A stretch of 64,000 bases of DNA. Origin: Dehalococcoidia bacterium. Its GTDB lineage: Bacteria; Chloroflexota; Dehalococcoidia; Lucifugimonadales; GCA-2712585. Each line of letters begins with the position of its first letter. The first letter of the stretch is position 1. The stretch lies in NCBI GenBank assembly GCA_965238215.1, contig OZ250180.1, forward strand, positions 2,052,779 to 2,116,778, written 5' to 3'. Under the pieces are notes generated by a model. It did not search any database. It saw only the letters and a program-made list of their open reading frames with translations, and had not been told where the DNA came from. Shown here piece after piece: positions 8,213-17,304 of this stretch. The translations under genes and the position numbers were made by a program.

Positions 8213-9331
8213 TTAAGGGCTTATGGGGATCTCGAAGCCCAAATCGCAGACCGTCAGCAATTGCGGGTGGCCATCCTTGAGGTGGAAGGTGTCTTCCAGG
8301 CGAACGCCGCCCACTCCCGGCACGGAAAGGACGGAGTGGCCGACGGTGAGGGTCATCCCGTCGCGCAGCTTGAAGCTGAAGTCGGCGGGATGGATGGTGG
8401 GACGCGGCATCTCCTCGAAGTCCAAGCCGATGCTGTGGCTGATGCCCGGGACGTAGAATTCACCGAAGCCGGCGTCGACGAAGACCTTTCGGGCCGCCGC
8501 GTCGATGTCTCCATTCTTTGCGTCCGGCCTGACAACTGAGACGCCCGCCGCTTGCGCCCGACGGTACACGTCGAACAGTTCGAGTTGTTTGGCGGTTGCC
8601 GGGCCAACGACGAAAGTCCGGGTCAGGTTGGCGCAATAACCCTGAAAACGCGGGACTACGTCGACCACCACCAGATCGCCGGTCTCCACTAGTTTGTCGG
8701 ACGCGGTTCCATGGAGCCAGCCGGAACGCACCCCGGAGTTGACGAAGACGGGAGTGGCCACGCCGTGCCCGCCGGCCTTCCGCATGGCGTACTCTATCTC
8801 CGCTCCCACTTCGTTTTCTGAAATGCCGGGTCTTAGCCATGCGGCGGCGGTCTTCATGCCGACGGCGGCGATTCGAGCCGCTTCCCTCATTAGCCGGACT
8901 TCCTCGGCATCCTTTACCAACCGCAGTTCGTCCATAACAGGGGCAATGTCGACCACCTTTATTTTGGGGTTGGCCCGCTGGAACAGGTTGAGAAGGAAGG
9001 CCGGTGTGTTGAACCACATCTGCACGCCCACCGTCATGGACTCCCTACCCCCGGCCATACCCCGCATTGTTCCCACCACGTCCTTTATCTGTTGTCCAAC
9101 GGTACCGAAAATCTTCACGTCGTCCACGCCGATGGACTCTCTTACCTCGGCCTCTTCGCCTTGAAAGGTGACTACGATGGGGGGGCCGGCGGCGGGAATG
9201 ACGGCGCGAGGCTGGAAGCGGTCTTCGCCGAAAAAGTAGATATAATCGTCGTGGGTCAGTATCAGGTAGGCGTCGATGCCCCGTTCCCTCATACGCGCCT
9301 GCGCTTGCTGCAAACGGTCTCTATTAAGCAT
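8213..9331 (-). CDS. M24 family Xaa-Pro peptidase / creatinase-like protein
   Basis: Creatinase N-domain; DLVVVD, HSIGL, GGVRLEDT motifs. Confidence 0.9.
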   Translation of the reverse strand: MLNRDRLQQAQARMRERGIDAYLILTHDDYIYFFGEDRFQPRAVIPAAGPPIVVTFQGEEAEVRESIGVDDVKIFGTVGQQIKDVVGTMRGMAGGRESMTVGVQMWFNTPAFLLNLFQRANPKIKVVDIAPVMDELRLVKDAEEVRLMREAARIAAVGMKTAAAWLRPGISENEVGAEIEYAMRKAGGHGVATPVFVNSGVRSGWLHGTASDKLVETGDLVVVDVVPRFQGYCANLTRTFVVGPATAKQLELFDVYRRAQAAGVSVVRPDAKNGDIDAAARKVFVDAGFGEFYVPGISHSIGLDFEEMPRPTIHPADFSFKLRDGMTLTVGHSVLSVPGVGGVRLEDTFHLKDGHPQLLTVCDLGFEIPISP

Positions 9332-9406
9332 CCTATTCTCCTTGCCGCCGCGCTGGCGACGGTCTTCTGAATTTGTAGCTGCGCTCCGTTGATTTAGGGG
9401 AGGGCA

Positions 9407-9519
9407 TCAGGTCAGGGGAGTGGGGAGCCACCATTCGCGGCCGCGGGGCGTCTCGATGTATTCAGGCCAGCGCAGGTCTACGGGTGGGGGGAAGTCTTTG
9501 GGAAGGAGGGGGGCTGTCC
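9407..9519 (-). repeat. Displaced 3' end of amidohydrolase (tail copy 2)
   Basis: 9420-9519 is identical to 10684-10783 (100 bp), then ends WWLPTPLT* at 9407. Confidence 0.92.
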
Positions 9520-9569
9520 GCCCTTAATGGTACGGGTATGTACCGGAGACCATCTTCGGGGGAAATCAG

Positions 9570-10550
9570 CTACCTCGTTGGCCTGATCCTATAAGAGACC
9601 GTCTGTCCCTCCTTACTGAACGTAATCGCGAGCCCTCCGTCGAAGGTCATCCACTTCTTTTGGCTAGATACATCCGGCACTAGGCAGAGGATTGGAATAA
9701 ATCTGTCACCCTCTGGGCGTTTGACGGCTTTGTTGTCGCATAGGCTCTCATACAAGAAAAGGGCAGACTCAATAACTACGATATGGTGATAGCAGATTCC
9801 CGCGAATCTAAGGCCGCTCAATATCTTGGTCGCAAGGTTCTTATGCACATGAGGTTCCTTGCTTGGATCTGATGTCATCATGCGAGAAATCTGGGGGGCG
9901 TGAACAGACTCCGTATTGGCTACTAGCTTGATGACCTCTCCGAGGGACACCCCATTGTTGTTAACCATTACTAACTGCTGGCTCAACCACTGGTCGCAGT
10001 CGAGTGCGGAAGTACTTCTTGTGTCGAATAACTTCGAGGGTCTCATTTGCCACGGTTTAGAAACAGTCGGCTTTCCGGTCCAACCCTGCGTCCCTGGGAG
10101 AGGCCACTCGACTGATATGGTAAATCTTTGGGGGCCCATTGGCACGAGCCAGGGGCCTCCATGAGACTTCGCCATTTCGTCAATCGGCACTACCTTGAGG
10201 AAGCCACTCTTCATGTCCAAGACGATCATTTCGAATGTTTCACCCGCTCCTATAGGCCGTTGGAGCCTGCCAAACCGAAGTCCGATTGACTGGCATATCT
10301 CGTCGTCTAAAAGTCGGGTCCTTCGTTTTCCCTTGTCGCCGATTACGGCTTTTCGCAAGAATAACCCACTCGAACGGGCTAACGATTCAACGGATTGAGA
10401 AAACTGCCTTGTGTTCTGTGGGTCCATCAGAGTTATGCCCCTGATAGTAATTTGGAGATCCGTCATTGCTGACTGGAGCCTGTCGAGCTTGTCCTTGTGT
10501 CGCAGTGAGACGGAACTCCCCACAGTGTTTACGAATTGCATCCCACTCAT
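9570..10550 (-). CDS. Hypothetical protein copy A1 (lower-GC cargo, possible HEPN-like)
   Basis: 326 aa ORF with GAGG RBS and TGnTATAAT promoter (10574-10579); paralog at 5088-6058. Confidence 0.8.
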   Translation of the reverse strand: MSGMQFVNTVGSSVSLRHKDKLDRLQSAMTDLQITIRGITLMDPQNTRQFSQSVESLARSSGLFLRKAVIGDKGKRRTRLLDDEICQSIGLRFGRLQRPIGAGETFEMIVLDMKSGFLKVVPIDEMAKSHGGPWLVPMGPQRFTISVEWPLPGTQGWTGKPTVSKPWQMRPSKLFDTRSTSALDCDQWLSQQLVMVNNNGVSLGEVIKLVANTESVHAPQISRMMTSDPSKEPHVHKNLATKILSGLRFAGICYHHIVVIESALFLYESLCDNKAVKRPEGDRFIPILCLVPDVSSQKKWMTFDGGLAITFSKEGQTVSYRIRPTR

Positions 10551-10646
10551 TCCTCTAATTAGACATAACCTAAATTATAGCACGCGATAGAACGTGCGGT
10601 CAGAAGAGATTGGGTTCTGGATGCAGATGAAAGGAATGCAGACCCC

Positions 10647-12248
10647 TCAATGTACCGCCGGCTCTTGTTCAGGGCAAAGGGGGGTGGGGAGCCACCATTC
10701 GCGGCCGCGGGGCGTCTCGATGTATTCAGGCCAGCGCAGGTCTACGGGTGGGGGGAAGTCTTTGGGAAGGAGGGGGGCTGTCCAATGGTCCCCTCCAACG
10801 CCTCCTCCCGTCCGCTGTCGAAATTCTTCCTGGGCCTTGGCAAGCATTTCGGGTTGGGTAAGCAGGTCGACGAGGGTGGCTGCGATGGTCTTGGCGGCGA
10901 CGAACATGCCCGGGTCGATGCAGCTTGAAACACCGCCGAGGGCGTTGCGCACCCAAGTCGGATAGAGATAGCCGGGTTGGGAGGGCTTCAGGGCGGGGCG
11001 GCCCGTGTGGAGGCGCACAGTGGGGGCGTGCCAGGTGTAGTCCACGTAGTCGTCGGAGGTGTAGTTGGCCTGCCACGGGGGAAGCTGCCGCCTGACCTGG
11101 TCTTCGAAGTCGGTGGGGGAATTGAGCTGCTGGCATTCTTTGGTGAAGGGATCATCCATCGGTTCGAGTCCCAGATTTTTTTGGACGGCGCGTCCGAAGT
11201 TGCGGGCCTCTTCGTCGAGGACGGGAGGGCCGACGAGGGCCAAGTTATCGTAGGTCAGCTGGGCCATGGCGTGGTTGGGCAGGCCCACTCGGGTCTTCGT
11301 AACCCATCGTATAGACACCTCGCAGCCGGTGACCTCGGCGGCGCGGCGGGCGTTGTTTTCCAGGACCTGGAAGATGCGCTGCTGTATCTCCAGGGTGGGG
11401 GAGCGCCAGGCGTACTGGATCTGGCTGAAGCGGGGAGGGAGGTTGTCGGAGGTGCACTGGCCGCCGGCCATGATGAACTCGTTGAGGGTCCAGGCGCCGG
11501 TGTGGGGGTACATGGCCTCCTTGGTATACTTGGTGTTGGTGTACATAAGGCAGAGGGCGTCGATGGCGCCGGGGCAACGGGGCGCGGAGTGGGGATGGTT
11601 GGGGCCTGCGAGCAGCTCCGGGTCCACCCAGGTCTCCGGGCTGTGGCATTCGAAGGTGAAGACGGCGCTCCAGTAGGAGCCGCAGTGGGTGTCCCAGATG
11701 GTGGTGTTGGTGGCGTGGGGATGGTAGGAGATGAAGGCGTCGAACCCGTCGTAGTAGCCCTTGGCGGCGTGGACGGGCTTTGAGCCGCAGACTTTTTCCG
11801 CCGGTTCCCCGAAGATGGCGAGAGTTCCCTTGAGGCCGTGGCGGTCCATGGCAGCCTTTGCCCCCAGGATGCCGGCCAGGGCTGCGACGCCGAGGGAGGA
11901 GTGGGGGTCGGTGTGGCCTGCCGCCCAGGGGTGCAGGCCCTCCCGCGGGGCCTGGTAGGGGACGGGCTGCTGGGAGTTTCCGGGCACGGCGTCGTATTCG
12001 GCGTAGGCGCCGAGGATGGGGTCGCCGGAGCCGTAGGTGGCGACGAAGGCAGTGGGCATTTCGCCGGAGCCTCGTTCGACCTGGAAGCCGTGAGACTCCA
12101 GCAGGTCGCAGAAGGCGTTGGCGGAGAGGTATTCGCGCCAGGCGGGTTCGGCGTAGTCCCAGATCTGGCGGTGGAAGTCGGAAAGGGTTTTTTGGTTTTG
12201 GTCAACCCATTGGAGGGCGTGGCATTTTTCGGGGGGGAGGTTTGGCAT
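10647..12248 (-). CDS. M20 amidohydrolase, AbgB-like (aminobenzoyl-glutamate hydrolase subunit B family)
   Basis: EYDAVPG, GEPAEK, SDDYVDYTWHAPT; start ATG 12248 after AAGGAGG. Confidence 0.85.
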   Translation of the reverse strand: MPNLPPEKCHALQWVDQNQKTLSDFHRQIWDYAEPAWREYLSANAFCDLLESHGFQVERGSGEMPTAFVATYGSGDPILGAYAEYDAVPGNSQQPVPYQAPREGLHPWAAGHTDPHSSLGVAALAGILGAKAAMDRHGLKGTLAIFGEPAEKVCGSKPVHAAKGYYDGFDAFISYHPHATNTTIWDTHCGSYWSAVFTFECHSPETWVDPELLAGPNHPHSAPRCPGAIDALCLMYTNTKYTKEAMYPHTGAWTLNEFIMAGGQCTSDNLPPRFSQIQYAWRSPTLEIQQRIFQVLENNARRAAEVTGCEVSIRWVTKTRVGLPNHAMAQLTYDNLALVGPPVLDEEARNFGRAVQKNLGLEPMDDPFTKECQQLNSPTDFEDQVRRQLPPWQANYTSDDYVDYTWHAPTVRLHTGRPALKPSQPGYLYPTWVRNALGGVSSCIDPGMFVAAKTIAATLVDLLTQPEMLAKAQEEFRQRTGGGVGGDHWTAPLLPKDFPPPVDLRWPEYIETPRGREWWLPTPLCPEQEPAVH

Positions 12249-12401
12249 GGGGAGGGCCTCCTTTGGGGGGTGGGTTGAGTTGGGCATCAAAAGGCCGATG
12301 CAGAAGTTCCGCAGCCTTGGCCAGACCAGGAACGAAGTGCCCGGCCTGGGGTTCAACTGCCTATGATTTGTTGGGTACGAGAGTCCTGAACCTGGTAACC
12401 G

Positions 12402-14096
12402 CTAGTCTGCCCATTCCCGGGAGGCCCATTCCAGAAGAAAGTCTTCACGCTTTCTTATTTCACATATTGTCCAGTCGGATGATTCAGAAATGACTGCGGC
12501 AACATTTCTGGCATCGATTAGGCCTGTCTTCGTGTAACATGGCGCTTTTTCTTCAGGAGGCTTATCTTGTAGCTTGTAGTTCAGCCCTGGGGGGAGCATT
12601 GTCAGATTGCCGAGGCCGTGTTTCTCGCTTGGGTCCGCATCATCCTTCCAAGAACTCTGGGGCTTTATGTGTTCTATGGAAGTGGCGAGACTACTTTCCC
12701 AGATGCGATTCCACTGCTCATTCTGGAAATTCTGTCCGGCCTTCTTCGCTAGGTATTCCTCATATCTATGTAGGAAATAGCGCAACTCGCCTCGCCAATG
12801 GTTGTAACAGTCCATTCGCCGTAGGATGTCTACAGCCCCAGCAATTGAGAAACCACTGCCAATCGATGACAATCTCTTGAGAGCCTCGGCAGCCGATAAA
12901 TTGTTGTTAGAGATGTCCCAGGCCAGTCTGACGTAATCACCTACCATCCAACGGGCGTCTTTTCCGTACATTCCGTATATGCGGAAGGTTACGTTTTCCC
13001 ATTTATCCAGTATCTGAATCTTCTCAGCATCAGTAAAATCTTGGTTTAGTTCCACTGCCACAGCGACTAGCCTGGCATGAGCAATTCTGGTCACTGCGTT
13101 TATTCTGCCATTGGCCTCCAATCGATCCACTGCATCCGTTACATTCTGCAAATATCTGGTAGTTTCAATAACTTTGTATGGACCATCCGCAGACTGCGAG
13201 TACAGGAGATGTGTGGCAGCTTCTTCACCCAATGGGCGACTTGGCCGATCTTGATTGCGAAGGGTGGCAGCGAAACGGAGAGATTCAGTACTGAGACCCA
13301 GCCGAAGTCCGACTCGTTTGTATATTTGAGTCCAACGATTGTGCACCTCATCGATGATTTCGGCATTATTCCCAGCGCCGCTCTCAAACACAACCGCCAT
13401 CAGCATACTTTTTAAACGATCAAACCATGAGACCTCAAGTCCTCGACTATTGAGAACTTCAAATACTGTATAGACGAGTGCTTCGTCAGCGATTTCATGA
13501 AAGACAAAGGTCAACCGATTATTCAGGATTGCAATCAGGTCGATTAATGAATTGCCGTTTCCTTGCCAGTCGGCCACGAATCTTTCACAGTCTTCCATAG
13601 CAGACAGCAATTCACGGTCTGCTATGGTCTTAGCATTCTTTGAAGGTGGATGGGTTCCCTGGCGCAGATAGTTTGAGAAATAGTCACTACTGTCGTGATT
13701 GGTTTGCAGTAGGAGGAGGGTAGCTTTATCGTCTTTCACCAATGAGTCATTGAGATTCCCCCCAATTTTTCTTTGGGCTGAATCTGAAGGGTCTATTGAC
13801 TTGATGATAGCTTTAAGTAACAGAACAAGCGTTGTGATACGTTGTTGCCCATCAACAATCTCTATGACTTGATGCTCTTGGGCCATGATTGTTATGGCAT
13901 CGCGCCTAAGTCCTACCACCGTTGCCATGAAGTGAGAGTACGCGTCTCCCTTGGTATATACCCGTCTGATATCCTCAAATAGATCTTGTCGCTGTTTCTG
14001 ATGCCAACTGTAGGTGCGTTGATACTCAGGAATTCTGAACAAGCGCCCTTGAATCAAATTAGAGAGGGTGACGTGTTGAGGTTGGATGTTAATCAT
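12402..14096 (-). CDS. DUF262 + DUF1524(HNH) GmrSD-like restriction endonuclease
   Basis: IPEYQRTYSW, IVDGQQRITT, FEVLNSRG, SIEHIKPQ...GNLTML; markedly lower GC than flanks. Confidence 0.9.
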   Translation of the reverse strand: MINIQPQHVTLSNLIQGRLFRIPEYQRTYSWHQKQRQDLFEDIRRVYTKGDAYSHFMATVVGLRRDAITIMAQEHQVIEIVDGQQRITTLVLLLKAIIKSIDPSDSAQRKIGGNLNDSLVKDDKATLLLLQTNHDSSDYFSNYLRQGTHPPSKNAKTIADRELLSAMEDCERFVADWQGNGNSLIDLIAILNNRLTFVFHEIADEALVYTVFEVLNSRGLEVSWFDRLKSMLMAVVFESGAGNNAEIIDEVHNRWTQIYKRVGLRLGLSTESLRFAATLRNQDRPSRPLGEEAATHLLYSQSADGPYKVIETTRYLQNVTDAVDRLEANGRINAVTRIAHARLVAVAVELNQDFTDAEKIQILDKWENVTFRIYGMYGKDARWMVGDYVRLAWDISNNNLSAAEALKRLSSIGSGFSIAGAVDILRRMDCYNHWRGELRYFLHRYEEYLAKKAGQNFQNEQWNRIWESSLATSIEHIKPQSSWKDDADPSEKHGLGNLTMLPPGLNYKLQDKPPEEKAPCYTKTGLIDARNVAAVISESSDWTICEIRKREDFLLEWASREWAD

Positions 14097-14161
14097 GAAC
14101 CTAACCTACTATATCCTGTTTGGATGTTTGGGTGCCTATAGGGAGAGTGGAGGAGGGGGGG

Positions 14162-15580
14162 TTAGATGGGGGGGCGGCGGTTGTGGAAGTCGGTGTCTTG
14201 CTGGTAGGCGTGGCCGAGACGGAAGACCAGGTCTTCCTCCATGGGCCTGCCGACTATCTGCAGGCCGAGGGGGAGGCCGTCTTTGAAGGCGCAGGGCACC
14301 GATAAGGCGGGAGCGCCGACCACGTTTGCCAGGGAGGTGAGGGTTCGTCGGGGGCTGAACATCTCCGACTTGAAATCGTCCTTTGTGCCGAGGCCGGGCT
14401 TGTCCGTGAGGGGAGGGGCCACGTCGGCGGCGGTGGGGAAGATGAGGAGGTCGACGGTGGTCATCAGTTCCAGGAAGTCCTGACGCATCATTTCTCGGAG
14501 GCGTTGGGCTTTGTAGTAGGTCTGGGCAGGGATGAGGCTGCCGAGGAGCAGGGTTATTCGCATGTTATGGTCGTACTGGTGCAGCTCCGGGCCGCGGACG
14601 CGCTGATGGTGGACGGTTGCTCCTTCCAGGTAGGTGATGGGGCTGGCGATGGCGCGTCCGTTGAGAACGCCGGGGAAGGAGACTTCCTGCACGGAAGCGC
14701 CCCGGTCTTGGAAAATCTCCCCTGCTTGTAGGACGGCATCCCGCATCTCCGGGACGACATGGTCGCTGTAGACTTTTTCTCTGACGATGCCGACGCGCAG
14801 GCCGCGCACGTCGCCGTCGAGGAGGTCGGCGTAGGGGGGTACGGGGGTCTTCCAGGTGTAGGCGTCCTTGGGGTCGTGGCCGGCGATGGCCTGCATGGTC
14901 ATGGCGCAGTCGCGAACGGTGCGGGACATGGGGCCGATGGTGTCCATGGACCAGCAGGAACCGAGGAGTCCGTAGCGGCTGACGCGGCCTTGGCTGGGGC
15001 GGAGGCCGGCGAGTCCGCAGTAGGCGGCGGGGCCGCGAATGGAGCCGCCGGTGTCTTCGCCGAGGGAAGTCGCACACATGAAGGCGGCGGTGGCGGAGCC
15101 GGAACCGGCGCTGGAACCGCCGGGCATTCGGGTCTGGTCCCACGGGTTGGTGGGCGTGCCGTAGGGGTAATGGTGGGTGTAGGCCATGGCGTATTCGGTG
15201 AGATTGGTGGTGCCGAGAAGGATAGCTCCGGCTTCTTTCAGGCGCGTCTGTACGGTGGCGTCTTCGTCGGGCACGAAGTCGCGGAGGATGTTGGAGCCGG
15301 CGGTGGTGAGAACGCCCTTGGTCCACCACTGGTCCTTGACGGCAATGGGGATGCCGTGCATGGGGCCGCGATAGAGGCCCTGGGCGATTTGCCGCTCGGC
15401 ATTTTCGGCGTCGGCGCGGGCTTCGTCGGCGCAGACGGTAATGTAGGAGTTGAGGACGGGGTTCAGGGCTTCGATCCTGTCAAGGTAGGCCTCCACCACG
15501 TCTACGGGGGAAACCTCCCTGGATCGTATTTTTTCTGAAAGCTGTGCGACGGTTAGGAAGGGAAGGTCTTTGAGTTCCAT
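14162..15580 (-). CDS. Amidase-signature family protein (GatA/AtzE-like), second paralog
   Basis: GIPIAVKD, PGGSSAGS, SLGEDTGGSIRGPA; start ATG 15580. Confidence 0.92.
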   Translation of the reverse strand: MELKDLPFLTVAQLSEKIRSREVSPVDVVEAYLDRIEALNPVLNSYITVCADEARADAENAERQIAQGLYRGPMHGIPIAVKDQWWTKGVLTTAGSNILRDFVPDEDATVQTRLKEAGAILLGTTNLTEYAMAYTHHYPYGTPTNPWDQTRMPGGSSAGSGSATAAFMCATSLGEDTGGSIRGPAAYCGLAGLRPSQGRVSRYGLLGSCWSMDTIGPMSRTVRDCAMTMQAIAGHDPKDAYTWKTPVPPYADLLDGDVRGLRVGIVREKVYSDHVVPEMRDAVLQAGEIFQDRGASVQEVSFPGVLNGRAIASPITYLEGATVHHQRVRGPELHQYDHNMRITLLLGSLIPAQTYYKAQRLREMMRQDFLELMTTVDLLIFPTAADVAPPLTDKPGLGTKDDFKSEMFSPRRTLTSLANVVGAPALSVPCAFKDGLPLGLQIVGRPMEEDLVFRLGHAYQQDTDFHNRRPPI

Positions 15581-15581
15581 G

Positions 15582-16640
15582 CTAGCCCTCCTTGGCGGGA
15601 AGCAGAATGGGCAGGGGTTCGACGGATTCGAGGCCGGGCGGGTTGATTTCGTCGATGGACTCGATGATGGCGTTGAGGACGTGGGCGACTTCCGACAGGT
15701 CGGCGTCGCTGATGTTGAGGCCGACAGCCTTGCCCATGGCGCGGACGTCGTCGGTTGTGAGGTCGGTGGGGGAAGGTTCTGGGGGCGCTTCCTCTTCTTC
15801 GGCGGCGAGGCCAAGGAAGGCCAGGCAGGCTTCGATGAACTCCTGGGGCTTGTCCACGGTTACGACGTGGCCGGCGTCTTCTACGTCAACGGAGCTGAAA
15901 TTCTCGCTGGCCTGCTTCATCCGCTCGATGATGTCGTCGGAAAGGAGGATGCTCTCCTTGCCGCGAACCTCCAGGACGGGGCAGGCGAGGTTGCGGTGGA
16001 TGCGCCAGTAGTTGTCAATGTAGGTAGGGTCCTGGTTGTCGGCGAGGGTGTTGTTGAGAAGGGCGGGGTCGGCCTTCCACTCCCACTTGCCGGTGGACTT
16101 CTGGACCATCTTGTTGGCAACGTCCTTGCGGAGACGGGTCTCCTCGGCCCAGGGGTTGCCCTCGCGGTGCCACTGGAAGGCTTCTTCGAAGTTATAGAAG
16201 CTCATGGGCGTGGGCGGGCGGGTGACCTGGACGCGGAGGGCTTCCTGGCTGCGCTCCGGGCCGATGTCTACGATGATAGCTCGGTCGACGGCGTCGGGGT
16301 TGGCGTCGGCGTAGAGGAGGGCGTTCCAGCCGCCCATGGAGAGACCGGCGAGGACGCACTTAGTAATGCCAAGGGCTTCGACGAAGGCGGCGAGGTCTTC
16401 GACGAACCGCTCGCGGGCATAGCCGTCGACGGCCCAGCCGCTGCCGCCGTGGCCCCGCTGGTCGAGGGTGTAGACGTGGAAGTGGGGCGACATGGCTTCG
16501 GCGAACTCGTCCCAGATGTGGGCCTGTCCGGCGTGGCCGTGCATGCAAATGAGGGGCGTGTTGCCCTCCGATCCCCAATCGAGGTAACGTAGGCGAACGC
16601 CGTTGAGGGTGATGAATTTTTCCTGATAGGCGACGGTCAT
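15582..16640 (-). CDS. Alpha/beta hydrolase with C-terminal GatC/AtzG-like domain
   Basis: HG oxyanion motif, DQRGHG, GLSMGG nucleophile elbow, DAGH; acidic linker then DLTTDDVRAMGKAVGLNISDADL...LESVEP. Confidence 0.85.
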   Translation of the reverse strand: MTVAYQEKFITLNGVRLRYLDWGSEGNTPLICMHGHAGQAHIWDEFAEAMSPHFHVYTLDQRGHGGSGWAVDGYARERFVEDLAAFVEALGITKCVLAGLSMGGWNALLYADANPDAVDRAIIVDIGPERSQEALRVQVTRPPTPMSFYNFEEAFQWHREGNPWAEETRLRKDVANKMVQKSTGKWEWKADPALLNNTLADNQDPTYIDNYWRIHRNLACPVLEVRGKESILLSDDIIERMKQASENFSSVDVEDAGHVVTVDKPQEFIEACLAFLGLAAEEEEAPPEPSPTDLTTDDVRAMGKAVGLNISDADLSEVAHVLNAIIESIDEINPPGLESVEPLPILLPAKEG

Positions 16641-16717
16641 TTTTCTTCCCCTTGAAGTGTAGGTGTTGGGCCTATTGTAGCGGCAAAATGGGAGGTGCGC
16701 TATAAGGCCGAGAGTGG

Positions 16718-17233
16718 CTATGGGGAGTCTTGGAGGGTACAGCCGCGTATATCTATCGACAGATGTTTGTTGTTGACCCCCTCGACCCTGCCCTTCATCA
16801 AGAGCGTCTTGCCAGTGCCTCCCACGGATAAGCCTTTCGTCACTCGACTGACAACATAGGTCTGTCTGAGGGAATCCCACTGCTCCAGGATGTTGTCCGC
16901 CTCCATGGTAGATACGAAACAGCGCACCGTCCAGACGTCAGTTCCAGAGAGTTGGAAGTAATTCGACGCCTCCCTGAAACGCAGGGATTGGCCTCTGATG
17001 ATGCCCACTTGGCCGTTGTAGATTTCCTCAGCGCTTTGTTCATCATCCAAATAAGCCTGCACCATCTGGGAAGCGGTTAGGTTGAAGGCAGGAGGAACGT
17101 CCCTAATCTCCTCGGCGATGGCGGCTTCAGAGTTGCTGCGGGAGCACCCTCTGATCACACCGAAGACTATCAGAAGTCCGGCGATGGCGAAGAAGGCAGC
17201 ACCCAGGGAGAGTAACCTAACTAAGTCGGCCAT
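16718..17233 (-). CDS. Membrane-anchored OB-fold protein (tRNA_anti-like putative lipoprotein family)
   Basis: N-terminal TM helix; LTASQMVQAYLDDEQSAEEIYNGQVGIIRG pattern typical of the family. Confidence 0.6.
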   Translation of the reverse strand: MADLVRLLSLGAAFFAIAGLLIVFGVIRGCSRSNSEAAIAEEIRDVPPAFNLTASQMVQAYLDDEQSAEEIYNGQVGIIRGQSLRFREASNYFQLSGTDVWTVRCFVSTMEADNILEQWDSLRQTYVVSRVTKGLSVGGTGKTLLMKGRVEGVNNKHLSIDIRGCTLQDSP

Positions 17234-17304
17234 TGATTTCTAGACTGCGGGGCATATTGAGACGGTCTTCTTGTACATAAGGCAATCTCGCTAACTTAAC
17301 ATTG

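Noticed and set aside
5018..10783. Classical integron or prophage/ICE
   Set aside because: No tyrosine or serine recombinase, no attC-like GTTRRRY/RYYYAAC hairpins and no phage genes; the boundaries are gene tails
17236..17300. Possible ADH tail duplicate beside the OB-fold gene
   Set aside because: Only scattered short matches; no convincing nucleotide or peptide alignment
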